Part shown: in pieces, positions 20,269 to 30,185 of the stretch
How positions within the stretch are numbered: the first letter of the stretch is position 1
Layout: each line of letters begins with the position of its first letter
Source of the DNA: Polyangiales bacterium
GTDB taxonomy: Bacteria; Myxococcota_A; Polyangia; Polyangiales; Ga0077539
Direction: 5' to 3'
Assembly: GCA_044229975.1 (NCBI GenBank)
Contig: JBGARZ010000007.1
Coordinates: 1 to 64,000 of the forward strand
DNA length: 64,000 nt
Position numbers and translations under genes: made by a program
Notes under the pieces: generated by a model
The model's input: only the letters and a program-made list of their open reading frames with translations
What the model was told of the DNA's origin: nothing
Database searches by the model: none

Positions 20269-20928
20269 CTACGCACTCTCGGCCATGGGTCCGCGGTCGG
20301 CGTCGGGGCTCTGCTCCCAGAGCGTCTGGAGTTCGCGCGCGCCGGGCAGCGAGGCGAGAAACGGGTCCCACTCCGGCGGGCGGCCGGGCGAAAACGCGAG
20401 CGCGAGGATGGGCGACCACCGCGGCCGGATGGGCCGACGGAGCAATCGCATGTTGGCCTCGGAGGGGGTGCGCCCGCCCTTCCTGAGGTTGCACACGCGG
20501 CACGAGCACACGACGTTTTCCCAGCTCATGGGGCCGCCGCGCGAGCGGGGCATCACGTGGTCGAGGTTGAGGTCGCGGGGTGTTCCGCGGCGCGCGCAGT
20601 ACTGGCAGGTGTACCCGTCGCGCAGGAAGATGTTGCGGCGCGTGAGCCGGATGGTGGTGCGCGGCATGCGGTCGTACTCGACGAGCTGTATCACCCGCGG
20701 CACCCGGATGTGCCCGCGGCTGGTGCCCACCGAGAGGCTCGCGTCGTCGCCCGCGGGGAGGGCAGCCCAGGCCCCGAAGGCGTGCGCCACCCACGCGCCG
20801 TCGAGGGCGTGCGCGACGTCGGTGTACATCAACACGAAGGCCCGACGCGCCGTGGTGATGTGCACCGCCTGGAGGTTGCGGTTGACCACCAGCACCTGCG
20901 TCGACAGCTCCCGGGACGACTGACTCAT
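20269..20928 (-). CDS. HNH endonuclease
   Basis: TRRNIFLRDGYTCQYC, DHVMPRSRGG, WENVVCSCRVCNLRKG. Confidence 0.93.
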   Translation of the reverse strand: MSQSSRELSTQVLVVNRNLQAVHITTARRAFVLMYTDVAHALDGAWVAHAFGAWAALPAGDDASLSVGTSRGHIRVPRVIQLVEYDRMPRTTIRLTRRNIFLRDGYTCQYCARRGTPRDLNLDHVMPRSRGGPMSWENVVCSCRVCNLRKGGRTPSEANMRLLRRPIRPRWSPILALAFSPGRPPEWDPFLASLPGARELQTLWEQSPDADRGPMAESA

Positions 20929-22412
20929 CAGACACCTCGAAGGATCGTGGGAAGGGATGCCGTAGCGTGCGCCGCGCCCGCACCGGTCGCCACCGCGTTG
21001 TGGCGCAGCGCCCGGCCGACCGCCGCCGCGAGGTCGTCGAGCTCCCCCGCGGCGACGCACCTTACGTCGAGGTGTAAGGCCCCGTCGAGCACGCGCCCCA
21101 CCACGGCCGGGCTACCACCCCGCAAGAGGGCCGCGAGGGGGTCGGGTGCCACCCCGTCGACGCGCACCGACCAGGAAGGGAGGGCCTCAAGAGGGAGGGT
21201 TCCGCCGCCGACGCGGGCCTCCGTCGCCACGACGGAGAGCTTTACGCCATCGGGTAAACCACCCGCAGCGATCGCGTCGCGCGTCGCGTCGGCGATGTGT
21301 TGAAGCTCGTCGGCGGTGCGAGAGAGCAGGGCGATGGCGGGGACGTCGCGGGCGGCGCGGCCGTCGGCGTGGGCCCGGAGCGTGGCCTCCAGGGCAGCGC
21401 ACACGAGGCGCCCCGGGCGCAGCGCGCGCATGAGGGGATGGGCGCGCAGGCGGGCGATCCAGGGAGCGCGGCCGACGATGATCCCCGCTTGGGGGCCGCC
21501 GAGGAGCTTGTCGCCGGACACCATCACCAGGTCAGCGCCCGCGGCCACGCACTCCCTGGCCAGCGGTTCGCGGGTGCTCAACCCGAGCGCTCGGGTGTCG
21601 CCGGCCGCGCCGCTCCCGAGGTCGACCAGCAGCGGGAGACCCCGCGCGTGGGCGATGGGCGCGAGCTCTTCGAGCGTCGGCTGCGCGGTGAAGCCCACCA
21701 GCGCGAAGTTGCTCCGATGGACCACCAGCAGCGCCGCGGTGTCGGCCGTGAGGGCGCGCTCGTAGTCGGCCGCGCGGGTCTTGTTGGTGGTTCCGACTTC
21801 GACGAGGCGGGCGCCGCAGGAGGCGATGACGTCGGGGATGCGAAAGCCGCCGCCGATCTCCACCAGCTCGCCGCGCGAGACGATCACCTCGCGCCCCGCC
21901 GCGAGCGCCGTCGTCGCGAGCAGCACGGCCGCCGCGCCGTTGTTGACCACCACCGCGTCGTCGCCGCCCAGCACCGCGTTGGCCAGCGGTGCGAGCGACA
22001 CGTCCCGGTGCCCGCGACCGCCCGCCGCGAGGTCGTACTCCAGGTTGGCGTACCCACGGCAGACGTCGTGGACGGCGGCCAGCACTGCGTCTCCCAACGG
22101 CGCTCGTCCCAGGTTGGTGTGCAGAACCACCCCGGCGGCGTTGATGACCCGACGCAGGCCCGTCGCCCGTCGCGCGCCCACCTCGGTCGAGAGTCGAGCG
22201 AGGGCCTCGGCGCGCAGGGCGTCGCGGTCGACAGGGAGAACGCCCGCCACGAGCTCGGCGCGCATCGCATCGAGCACCGTCCGCAGCGCCTCGGTCACGA
22301 CGGGTCGGCCGTGCGCTTCGATGAGCGGGAGGGATGCGTCGCTGTCGAGGAGTTCGTGCGTCGGGGGGAGCGCCCGCCGCGCGGCCGATGGGTCATCGCG
22401 CACGACGGTCAT
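20928..22412 (-). CDS. selA: L-seryl-tRNA(Sec) selenium transferase
   Basis: RVINAAGVVLHTNLGRAP, SRGELVEIGGGFRIP, SGDKLLGGPQAG (PLP lysine). Confidence 0.95.
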   Translation of the reverse strand: MTVVRDDPSAARRALPPTHELLDSDASLPLIEAHGRPVVTEALRTVLDAMRAELVAGVLPVDRDALRAEALARLSTEVGARRATGLRRVINAAGVVLHTNLGRAPLGDAVLAAVHDVCRGYANLEYDLAAGGRGHRDVSLAPLANAVLGGDDAVVVNNGAAAVLLATTALAAGREVIVSRGELVEIGGGFRIPDVIASCGARLVEVGTTNKTRAADYERALTADTAALLVVHRSNFALVGFTAQPTLEELAPIAHARGLPLLVDLGSGAAGDTRALGLSTREPLARECVAAGADLVMVSGDKLLGGPQAGIIVGRAPWIARLRAHPLMRALRPGRLVCAALEATLRAHADGRAARDVPAIALLSRTADELQHIADATRDAIAAGGLPDGVKLSVVATEARVGGGTLPLEALPSWSVRVDGVAPDPLAALLRGGSPAVVGRVLDGALHLDVRCVAAGELDDLAAAVGRALRHNAVATGAGAAHATASLPTILRGV

Positions 22413-22543
22413 GCTACGGGGGACCCCGCGCGAAAGGCCACGAAGCGACCGCGACCCGCGGCGTAGAGTCAGCGGTGGAGAGGTGTCGCGACGATGGTGT
22501 CGCGGGGCCCCCATCCGCCCATCACACGGAGGCCAAACCCATC

Positions 22544-22933
22544 ATGTTCAACGCCCGAAACCTCTTCCTGTCAGGTGCGCTGCTCCTCGGCTGTATGACG
22601 CCCGCCCCGGTGACCGGAGGTCCCGGGCATGGGAGCTCTGGCGGCGACACCTCGTCGAGCATCACGTTTCGCAACCGATCGCGCTGGGACATCCACCGCA
22701 TCAACATGAGCCCGGTGTCGCAGAGCACCTGGGGCGTCGACCACCTCGGGTCGAGCATCCTCCGCGCGGGGCAGGACTTCTCGCTGCACAACATCCCCTG
22801 CAACAGCTACGACCTCCGCCTCATCGACGAGGACGGCGACCAGTGCGTCCTCAACAACATCGACGTCTGCGCGGAAAACTCCGGGGTCACCATCACCAAC
22901 GAAAACCTCCTGCGCTGCGAGGGTTGGCGCTGA
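22544..22933 (+). CDS. Small hypothetical lipoprotein
   Basis: GGAGG upstream; lipobox LLGC; WGVDHLG and YDLRLIDEDGDQC. Confidence 0.7.
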   Translation: MFNARNLFLSGALLLGCMTPAPVTGGPGHGSSGGDTSSSITFRNRSRWDIHRINMSPVSQSTWGVDHLGSSILRAGQDFSLHNIPCNSYDLRLIDEDGDQCVLNNIDVCAENSGVTITNENLLRCEGWR

Positions 22934-22967
22934 TCCACGGCCGCCGCGTCGTGCTATCAACGCCCGC

Positions 22968-24482
22968 GTGATCGAGGCCCCGCACCCCCACGGCATCCCA
23001 CGGGTCATCGCCGTCGGCGGCGCGAAGGGTGGCGTCGGCCACTCCCTCGTCGCCGTCAGCGTCGCCACCTTCCTCGCGCAGCTCGGGCGCAAGGTGCTGC
23101 TCGTCGACGCGGCGCACCGGGCGGCGACGCTGGGCAACACCTTCGGGGTCGCCCGCGACGCGGGGGTCAACCCGCCGTGGCTGCCGTCGCCCTTCGTCGC
23201 CCGCGGCCACGAGACCGTCGTCCCCAACGTCCGCCTCCTCGAAGTCAGCAGCGAGCTCGGCCCCCACCGCGCCCGCGCGTCGGGCGATCCGCGGGTGCTC
23301 CTGCGCGCCGCCGAGGCGGACGTCTGCGTGCTCGACCTCGGCGCCGGCGTCTCGCCCCGCGTCGTCGAGGCGATGCTCTCCGCCGACGTGATGCTCACCG
23401 TCTGCACGCCCGAACCCATCGCCGTCGAGAGTGTCTACCGCTTCGTACGACACGCCTACGCCCGCAAGATGCGCCGCCGCCTGCTCGACCTCGGCGACGA
23501 CGTCGCGGTCGAGCTGCTCCGCGAACTCCTCCGCGAGTCGGGGGGCCCACCCGTTCCGATGCAGCTCGCGCGGGCCCTCGCGGCGCGCTCGCCCGAGGTC
23601 GCGGCTGTCGCGTGGGAGGAAGCTGCCGCGCTGCGGGTGCGGCTCGTGGTCAACCAGTCGCGCTCGCGCGCCGACCTCGACCTCGGTGAGGCCGTGGCCC
23701 GCGTCGCGACGCGTCCGCTGGTCGGCGCCGTCGAGTACCTCGGCGCGGTGGAGTACGACGAGGCGGTGTTTCTCGCGGCGCGGCGGCGGCGGCCGTTGCT
23801 CGTCGACAGCCCGGCGGCCAAGGCCAGCCGCAACCTCGAACGCATCGCCCGGCGCCTGCTCTCCCCGGAGACCCAGAGCCAGCCGACGACGGCGGGGGAG
23901 GGGGCGGTTCCGGCGGCGCCGACGCACTACGAGGTGCTCGCGCTCGACCGCGGGGCGAGCGACGAAGAGGTGCGGCGGGCGTACCGGCGCGCGAGGGAGA
24001 TCTACGCGGCCGACAGCGTGGCGCTCTCGGGATTGCTCACCCAGGAGGAGGTGTCGACCATGGTCGCCCGCGTCGAGGAGGCCCGCGACGTGCTGCTCGA
24101 CCCGTCGCGGCGGCGACCGTACGACCTCTCGGTCTCGTCGTCGGACCCCTTCGCCGTGCCCGCCGCGCTCGCGGCCGAGGAGCCCGTGGCGGTCGCGGCG
24201 CCGAAGGGCCCCGAGCCCGAGATCACCATCGACACCGAGTACAGCGGGGAATTCCTGAAGAACCTCCGCGAGGTGCGGGGCGTCGAGCTGCGTGACGTGG
24301 CGGCCCGTACGCGCATTCCCCTCCAGCACCTGAAGGCGCTCGAAGAAGAAGACTACAAGGCCCTGCCCCCGGCGGTGTACACCCGTGGCTTCGTGATCGA
24401 ACTCGCCAAGACCCTGCGCCTCGACCCCGAGTCCGTGGCGCGCAGCTACCTCCGCCGGCTCCGCCGGGCGGTGACCCCGTGA
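22968..24482 (+). CDS. MinD/FlhG-like P-loop domain + J-like domain + RodZ-like HTH fusion
   Basis: GGAKGGVGHS, VLLVDA, LDLGAG; THYEVLALDRGAS; LKALEEEDYKALPPAVYTRGF. Confidence 0.82.
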   Translation: MIEAPHPHGIPRVIAVGGAKGGVGHSLVAVSVATFLAQLGRKVLLVDAAHRAATLGNTFGVARDAGVNPPWLPSPFVARGHETVVPNVRLLEVSSELGPHRARASGDPRVLLRAAEADVCVLDLGAGVSPRVVEAMLSADVMLTVCTPEPIAVESVYRFVRHAYARKMRRRLLDLGDDVAVELLRELLRESGGPPVPMQLARALAARSPEVAAVAWEEAAALRVRLVVNQSRSRADLDLGEAVARVATRPLVGAVEYLGAVEYDEAVFLAARRRRPLLVDSPAAKASRNLERIARRLLSPETQSQPTTAGEGAVPAAPTHYEVLALDRGASDEEVRRAYRRAREIYAADSVALSGLLTQEEVSTMVARVEEARDVLLDPSRRRPYDLSVSSSDPFAVPAALAAEEPVAVAAPKGPEPEITIDTEYSGEFLKNLREVRGVELRDVAARTRIPLQHLKALEEEDYKALPPAVYTRGFVIELAKTLRLDPESVARSYLRRLRRAVTP

Positions 24483-25465
24483 GCGAACCCGTCGAGCGCG
24501 ACCGCGACGCCTTCCCGGCGGGCTTCGCCGTGCTGCTCATGGCGGCGGGCTTCGTGGCGGTGCGGATGTTCCAGCGGGTGGCCACCGACCGGCCCGCCGT
24601 CGCGTGGGTGGGCGTCTTCGCGCTGGTCGCGGGTGTGCTGCTGGCGATGGTGTCGTCGCTGCGGCTGGTGGTCTCGGCGCCGCTCCCGGTGGCCGCGCGG
24701 GCGGTGCGCGCCGTGCTGCTCGCGCCGATGGTGGTGTTCGTGGTGCAGGCGATCTGGGCAGAGCCGTCGCGGTCGCTCCAGCACGTCACGCTGCTGGGCA
24801 CGGCGCTCTCGCTGGTGTGCGCCTGTGGGGTGGGCGCGTATCGGGCGGCGGTGACGCCGGGCGCGCGGCTGCACGCGGCGCCGCTGCTGCTGCTGTTGGT
24901 GGGTGAGCTGTGTGAGCTGTTCGGGCCGGAGGGGCGCATGAGCTACCCGACGGGCTCGGCCGCGGCGCGCGGGCTCGATCGCATCGGGGCCTTCGCCGAG
25001 CTGATGGCCTTCGCGGGCGTCGCGCTCGCGGTGGTGGCCTCGGCGGTGCGCTCGGTGCGCAAGGTGGGCGTGGGGCGGACGGTTCCGTTTGCGGCGCTGC
25101 CGGTGGCGCTGACGCTGGTGACGGTGACGCTGCCGGTGAACCTCCCGCGCAGCACGGTGCTCATCGCGCAGCACGCGTTTGGCACGCGCTTCGACCTGGT
25201 GGGCGGCGCGGTGGTGCTGCACCCGTCGCGGCTGGCCATCGCGGCGTACACGCTGCTCTTCAGCGGGCTGGTGACGGCGGCGATGCTGTCGCTGCCGACG
25301 CAGCGCGAGGACGAGGGGGCGGGCATCCGCCGCGCGCTGGGGTGGACGGCGGTGCTGCTGGCGGGCTTCGGCGCGCCGACGGCCGCGGGCTCGGTCGACG
25401 CGCTGCGGGTGGTGGCGCTCACGCTGGGCGCGCTGCTGCTGGAAGACGCCGCCGCGCGGGAGTGA
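24479..25465 (+). CDS. Hypothetical multi-pass membrane protein
   Basis: About 9 hydrophobic segments; GTGA overlap with the upstream gene. Confidence 0.7.
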   Translation: MSEPVERDRDAFPAGFAVLLMAAGFVAVRMFQRVATDRPAVAWVGVFALVAGVLLAMVSSLRLVVSAPLPVAARAVRAVLLAPMVVFVVQAIWAEPSRSLQHVTLLGTALSLVCACGVGAYRAAVTPGARLHAAPLLLLLVGELCELFGPEGRMSYPTGSAAARGLDRIGAFAELMAFAGVALAVVASAVRSVRKVGVGRTVPFAALPVALTLVTVTLPVNLPRSTVLIAQHAFGTRFDLVGGAVVLHPSRLAIAAYTLLFSGLVTAAMLSLPTQREDEGAGIRRALGWTAVLLAGFGAPTAAGSVDALRVVALTLGALLLEDAAARE

Positions 25466-25486
25466 CGCGGCACGTAGGCGCGATGC

Positions 25487-26098
25487 CTACTTCGCCGCGT
25501 GCTTCTCGACGAACGCCAGCGCCGTGTCGGCGACCTCGCGCCACCCGCTGTCGATGACGAGCGAGTGTCCGCGGTTGGCGATCTCGGTGATCTCCGTGAC
25601 GCCCGCGTTGCGCTTCTGGCGGTCGTACGCCGCGCTCACGATCGACCACGGAACGGTGTTGTCCTTCTCGCCGGAGACGAGCAGCAGCGGGCCGCGCGCG
25701 GGGTTGGCGGTGTCGACCTTGTCCTCGGTCCACGGGTTGAGGTTGGCGGTCGCGGCCTGGAAGATGGGCTTGCCCGGGGCCGCCACGTGGAAGGTCTCGT
25801 AGAGCTGCCGCGCCTCTTCGTCGGACACGGCGTTGGCCCACCCGAAGACGAACTGCTCGAAGGTCAGCGTCACCGCGCGGCCGACGTTGGCCGGGTTGCC
25901 CAGCACCGGAAACGCCGACTTCAACGCCGACACCGGCAGCGGCAACACCCCCTGAAACGGCGCCGGGTCGATGGCCACCGTCGCGACCGAAGCACCTTCG
26001 CCCGCGAGCTTCAGCCCGTGCACGAACACCACCGGCGTCCGGCCCGACTCGTTGGCTCGGGCGATGTCCTTGAGTTCGTGTTCGGTGAGTCCGGTCAT
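25487..26098 (-). pseudogene. Alpha/beta hydrolase with an in-frame internal deletion removing the nucleophile region
   Basis: PVVFVHGL joins directly to KLAG...AIDPAP; no GxSxG motif; downstream SGEKDNTVP and RGHSL retained. Confidence 0.7.
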
Positions 26099-26247
26099 GC
26101 GCGTCTGCTCCGTGCGGCCCGTCGGGCCGGCGCGCACCGTCGCCCGCCCTCCGCGCCCCCGCCAACGGTCGCGCCCACGGCCGACGCCGTCACCCACGGC
26201 TTCCCTACCGCTACTCGCGCGCCGTCGCGGCGGCTACCGTCCGACCC

Positions 26248-28146
26248 ATGCGTGACCGCCTGGTGTTCGGGTCACTGTTGCTGCTCGGGTGTGGACACGC
26301 CCCGCCCGCCTCGTCGTCCGATGGCGGCACCGACGCCCGCCCCGACGTGGCGTCGCCCGATGTCTCCGTCCCCATCACGACAGCCCGCGGTCTCACCCTC
26401 CTGACCGAAGAGCCGCTCCCGCCGACCCGGAGCGGCACCGCCCACCTGTCGCGTCTGCTCGTGCGCGATGGGCGGCTCTACGGCGCCAACGGATCAGCCG
26501 GGCTCATGTCCTGGCAGATCGACGCCGCGCGACACCTGACGCCGCGCTCCTCCACCGAGCCGCTCGGCGAGGGGCCGTCCTCCACCGGGCCGTCGACGAT
26601 TCCGCGCTGCGTGGTCGCCACCATCGACGCGACCGGGCGCTGGCTCTATTGCAGCGCCGCCGACTCCGGGGTCGCCGTCTTCGATCTCCACGACCCGGAT
26701 GCACCCGCCGTGGTCGATCGCGGGTTCATCTCGCCCGACGAGGGCATCGGGTATCCCGACCTGCGCATGGTCGACGGAGCCCTGCTCGCCGCGGCCTTCG
26801 ATCGCGGCCTCGTGCGCGCGATGCCCGGCGCAGACGGACACCTCGGCCCATGGCAGCCGACCGGCATCGACGGCGAGGTGGTGGGCGTCGCGGGCGGTGG
26901 CGGCGACGCGCTCGTGGCCCTCGACCGGCGTCGCGGCCTCCTGCACCTCGCCTCGCAAGACGCTTCGCTACGAGTCCGCGGAACGCTCTCCCTCGATGGT
27001 CCGCCGCTGGGCGTGACGGTTCACGCAACCCGCGCCGCCGTCGCGCTGGGCTCGTCCGGGGTCATCCTCGTGGACCTCACCGCCGACACCCCACGCGTGC
27101 TGCGCCGGGTGAACCCGCCGTGCGTCGCGACGCGCGCCGACTTCACCGACACCGCCCTCGCCGTCGCCTGCTCGACCGGCGCGTGGCTCTACGACCTGCG
27201 CGGACCAGAGCCCAGGGTCGCCGACTTCGACTCGTCGCAGTACGGCGTGCTCGACGTGGTCTTCGCCGACGCGGGCCGCACGCTGCTCGTCGCCGACTGG
27301 CGCTCGGTGCTGGTCTATCAGGTCGACCCGGCGGGCCACGCGTACCTCCCCGAGGTCGCCGGCAGCGCCTACCTCCGACCGGGTCAGGGCGCGACCATCG
27401 CGGCGCGCAACCCTGGCGACACGCCCCTCACGCTCACCTTCTCCCGCCTCGTCGAAGACCCCCCGCACGGAACCCGCCCCGAAGCCCTCCACGAGGTCGT
27501 CGCGATGCCCGGCGAGGTCGTTCGTTTTCAGGTGTCGGGTGAGCGGCTCGCGCCCTGGCTCGACGCGCTGCAACGGTCGGTGGAGTTCCAGGTGACGAGC
27601 CGCCAGTCGCTCCCGTGGCAGCGACCGGCGCAGGGCGTCGCCCACTTCATCGTCGAGGACGGCGGTCTGCCCGGCACGCGTCCTCCGGCCGAGGGCGAGC
27701 CCTTTCCCCACTGGGCCGCGCGGTCGGGCGCCCCGGGTCCCGCGTCCCTGCCGCAGGCGGGCGTCGAGGACATCGTGCTGCTGCTCCCCGACTGCACGCT
27801 CCAGTGGGGCGCCATCGAAGACCTCGCGTGGCAGCAGCGGCACGGTCGCCTGCTCCCGGCGCGGCAGATCGTGATGTTGAGTCTGTCCTTCGAGCGCGAC
27901 CCCGAAGAGGCCGTGCGGGCTCTCACGCTGCGACGACTCGACGCCGCCGAGCTCGGCGGCTACGCCCTCGGCGACTACCTCGGCGGACTCGTGATGGGGC
28001 AGTCGAGCGGGGAGTTCGTCGACCAGCACCTGTCGACGCGCACGCTCTCCGGCGGCGGGGATTTCACCGACGTGTTCGACCTCGATGCCGCGGGCGTGGT
28101 GCAACACATCGAGCGCACCTACCGCGGCATCTGGCCGTTGCGCTGA
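26248..28146 (+). CDS. Lipoprotein with LVIVD-like beta-propeller repeats
   Basis: Lipobox LLGC; repeats SGVAVFDLHDPDAP and SGVILVDL. Confidence 0.7.
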   Translation: MRDRLVFGSLLLLGCGHAPPASSSDGGTDARPDVASPDVSVPITTARGLTLLTEEPLPPTRSGTAHLSRLLVRDGRLYGANGSAGLMSWQIDAARHLTPRSSTEPLGEGPSSTGPSTIPRCVVATIDATGRWLYCSAADSGVAVFDLHDPDAPAVVDRGFISPDEGIGYPDLRMVDGALLAAAFDRGLVRAMPGADGHLGPWQPTGIDGEVVGVAGGGGDALVALDRRRGLLHLASQDASLRVRGTLSLDGPPLGVTVHATRAAVALGSSGVILVDLTADTPRVLRRVNPPCVATRADFTDTALAVACSTGAWLYDLRGPEPRVADFDSSQYGVLDVVFADAGRTLLVADWRSVLVYQVDPAGHAYLPEVAGSAYLRPGQGATIAARNPGDTPLTLTFSRLVEDPPHGTRPEALHEVVAMPGEVVRFQVSGERLAPWLDALQRSVEFQVTSRQSLPWQRPAQGVAHFIVEDGGLPGTRPPAEGEPFPHWAARSGAPGPASLPQAGVEDIVLLLPDCTLQWGAIEDLAWQQRHGRLLPARQIVMLSLSFERDPEEAVRALTLRRLDAAELGGYALGDYLGGLVMGQSSGEFVDQHLSTRTLSGGGDFTDVFDLDAAGVVQHIERTYRGIWPLR

Positions 28147-28670
28147 TCAGCCGCAGATGCCGTTGCGGCACATCTGACGGGGCCCGCACACCACGCCGCA
28201 GCGGCCGCAGTTGGTGGGGTCGGCGGTGAGCACGCGGCACGCGCCGCCGCCCGACGTCGAGCCCGTCGGGCAGGTGCAGCGACCGGCGGTGCATTGCGTT
28301 CCGCCCGAGCACACCCCGCCCGAGCAGAACGACCCCCGAAGCACCCCACGCTGCACGCCCCGCAGTTGGCCGGGTCGCTCGCGAGGTTGGTGCACCCGCT
28401 CGCGCACGGCACCTGCGTCCCGGTGCCACCGCACAGGCCCATCACGCACGCCTGACCGCTCGGGCACGCGCGCCCGCACGCCCCGCAGTTCGCGGGGTCG
28501 GCGGTGGTGTCGACGCCGGCGGTTCCGCAGAGGGACGTGCCGGGGATGGGACACGACGGACCAGCGTCGATGCCGGGCCCGGTGTCGATGCCCACATCGA
28601 TGATGGGCGTGACGACGTCGAAGGGTGGTGTGATGGCGTCGAGGGGAAAGCTCGCGTCGGTCGGGTGGAG
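28147..28670 (-). pseudogene. Decayed Cys-rich repeat protein (DPANCGACG repeats) with a frameshift
   Basis: Three DPxNCGxC repeats split over two frames at a 5-G run (+ strand CCCCC 28333-28337); no signal peptide. Confidence 0.65.
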
Positions 28671-30038
28671 CTACGCGACGCCGACGAGGCGCAGCGCCGC
28701 GAATAGCAGCGCGCCGACGCCCGACGCGGCGGACACGATGCCCGCGAGGAGCAGCACCGTCGCCACCAGCGGGTGCCGATCGATGGCGTGCATCGCCATG
28801 TGGACCACGCGCTTGGTCGCCGAGATGTGGCACTGCATCTTGATGCGCCCGGAGAGGATGTCCTCCAGCCCTTCGGCCATCTCGCCCGCGTTGGCGAAGC
28901 GCTCTTCGGGCTTCGGGGCGACGGCGTGTCGGATGAAGTGCAGGTACTCCATCGGCGCGCCCGTCGCGACGGCCAGCGCCACCCACTCCACGATGTTGCG
29001 CTCGCCCACCGAGGCCACGGCGATGAGCACCTCCTGCACGCTGTTCTTGCCATCGAGGTAGTGGCGCAAGGACATCAGCTCGTGGAAGAGCACGCCGAGG
29101 CTGTACACGTCGCTGCGCTCGTTGATCTTGTCCGTGTCGCCGCGCGCCTGCTCCGGGGACATGTAGTGCGGCGTCCCCATGATCGAGCCGTACTGCGTCT
29201 CCAGGCTCGACGCCGCGGTGTTGCCCTGCGGCCCCGGCGCTCCGTTGGGGACCATCGGCTCCGCGCCGCGCACCGGCCGCGCGAGGCCCCAGTCCATCAC
29301 CATCACCTCGCCGTACGGGCCCACCATCACGTTGGCCGGCTTGATGTCCCGGTGGATGATCCCTCGTGCGTGGGCGTACTGCACCGCCCGCAGGATCCCC
29401 AGAAACACCTGCGCCCGCACCTCGTACGGAAACCTCCGCTCGTACGCCTCGTCCTTCGCGGCGAGCCTCTCGATGATGTGTTCGAGCGTCTCGCCCTCGA
29501 CGTACTTCATCACGAAGTAGTGCTGGCCCTCCTCGTCGACGCCGACGTCGTGCACCGGGACGATGTTGGGATGCTCCAACCGTCCGATGGTGCGCACCTC
29601 CTGGGCGAAGCGCAGCAGCGACGACGTGCCCTGGTGCACCGGGCGCAGTCGCTTGATGGCCACGCGCCGGTCGATGTCGTGGTCTTGCGCGAGGGTCACC
29701 TCGCCCATGCCGCCTTCGCCCACCACCTTCAGCCGCTCGTAGCGCAGCTTGCCCGAGTGGAACACCGCCTCGCCGCCCTCCAGCACCGGCAGCACCGTCG
29801 AGCGCACCGCTCCACCAGCGCCCGACGAGCGCATGGAGAAGCGAGCATCTTCGGCGGCCATGGTGGCGTCAGCGGCCATCGCGGTGATGCGCACCGCGAC
29901 CGTCGGGCCGTCGTCGGACAGCGTGTTGGCGGTGCCCGGCTGGTCGACGATGGTGTCCTTCGGGGGGCGACGGAGGCCAGGGGTCTCGACGATCGTCGCG
30001 GTGAAGGGCTGCTTTCCGAAGGCGATGGTCTCTGACAT
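28671..30038 (-). CDS. Eukaryotic-type Ser/Thr protein kinase with C-terminal TM
   Basis: GEGGMGEV, VAIK, HRDIKPAN, DWG, GTPHYMSPEQ. Confidence 0.95.
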   Translation of the reverse strand: MSETIAFGKQPFTATIVETPGLRRPPKDTIVDQPGTANTLSDDGPTVAVRITAMAADATMAAEDARFSMRSSGAGGAVRSTVLPVLEGGEAVFHSGKLRYERLKVVGEGGMGEVTLAQDHDIDRRVAIKRLRPVHQGTSSLLRFAQEVRTIGRLEHPNIVPVHDVGVDEEGQHYFVMKYVEGETLEHIIERLAAKDEAYERRFPYEVRAQVFLGILRAVQYAHARGIIHRDIKPANVMVGPYGEVMVMDWGLARPVRGAEPMVPNGAPGPQGNTAASSLETQYGSIMGTPHYMSPEQARGDTDKINERSDVYSLGVLFHELMSLRHYLDGKNSVQEVLIAVASVGERNIVEWVALAVATGAPMEYLHFIRHAVAPKPEERFANAGEMAEGLEDILSGRIKMQCHISATKRVVHMAMHAIDRHPLVATVLLLAGIVSAASGVGALLFAALRLVGVA

Positions 30039-30185
30039 GGGGTGTAGCTCCGCGCTGCACGGGCGAACCGCCGGGAGGCGACCCGCACGACTCCAACGTC
30101 CCGCAAGGCGAGTCGGATGTTACACCGACTCCGCCGGACGAGGCTCGCTGGCCGTCAACGGTTACGCCGCCGCGCCGTGCGGCGG

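Noticed and set aside
22412..22544. Possible tRNA-Sec (selC) next to selA
   Set aside because: No T-loop or UCA anticodon arm recognisable
30110..30131. Short hairpin GAGTCGG...CCGACTC upstream of the kinase
   Set aside because: A 7-bp stem without a U-tract is within chance expectation for high-GC DNA
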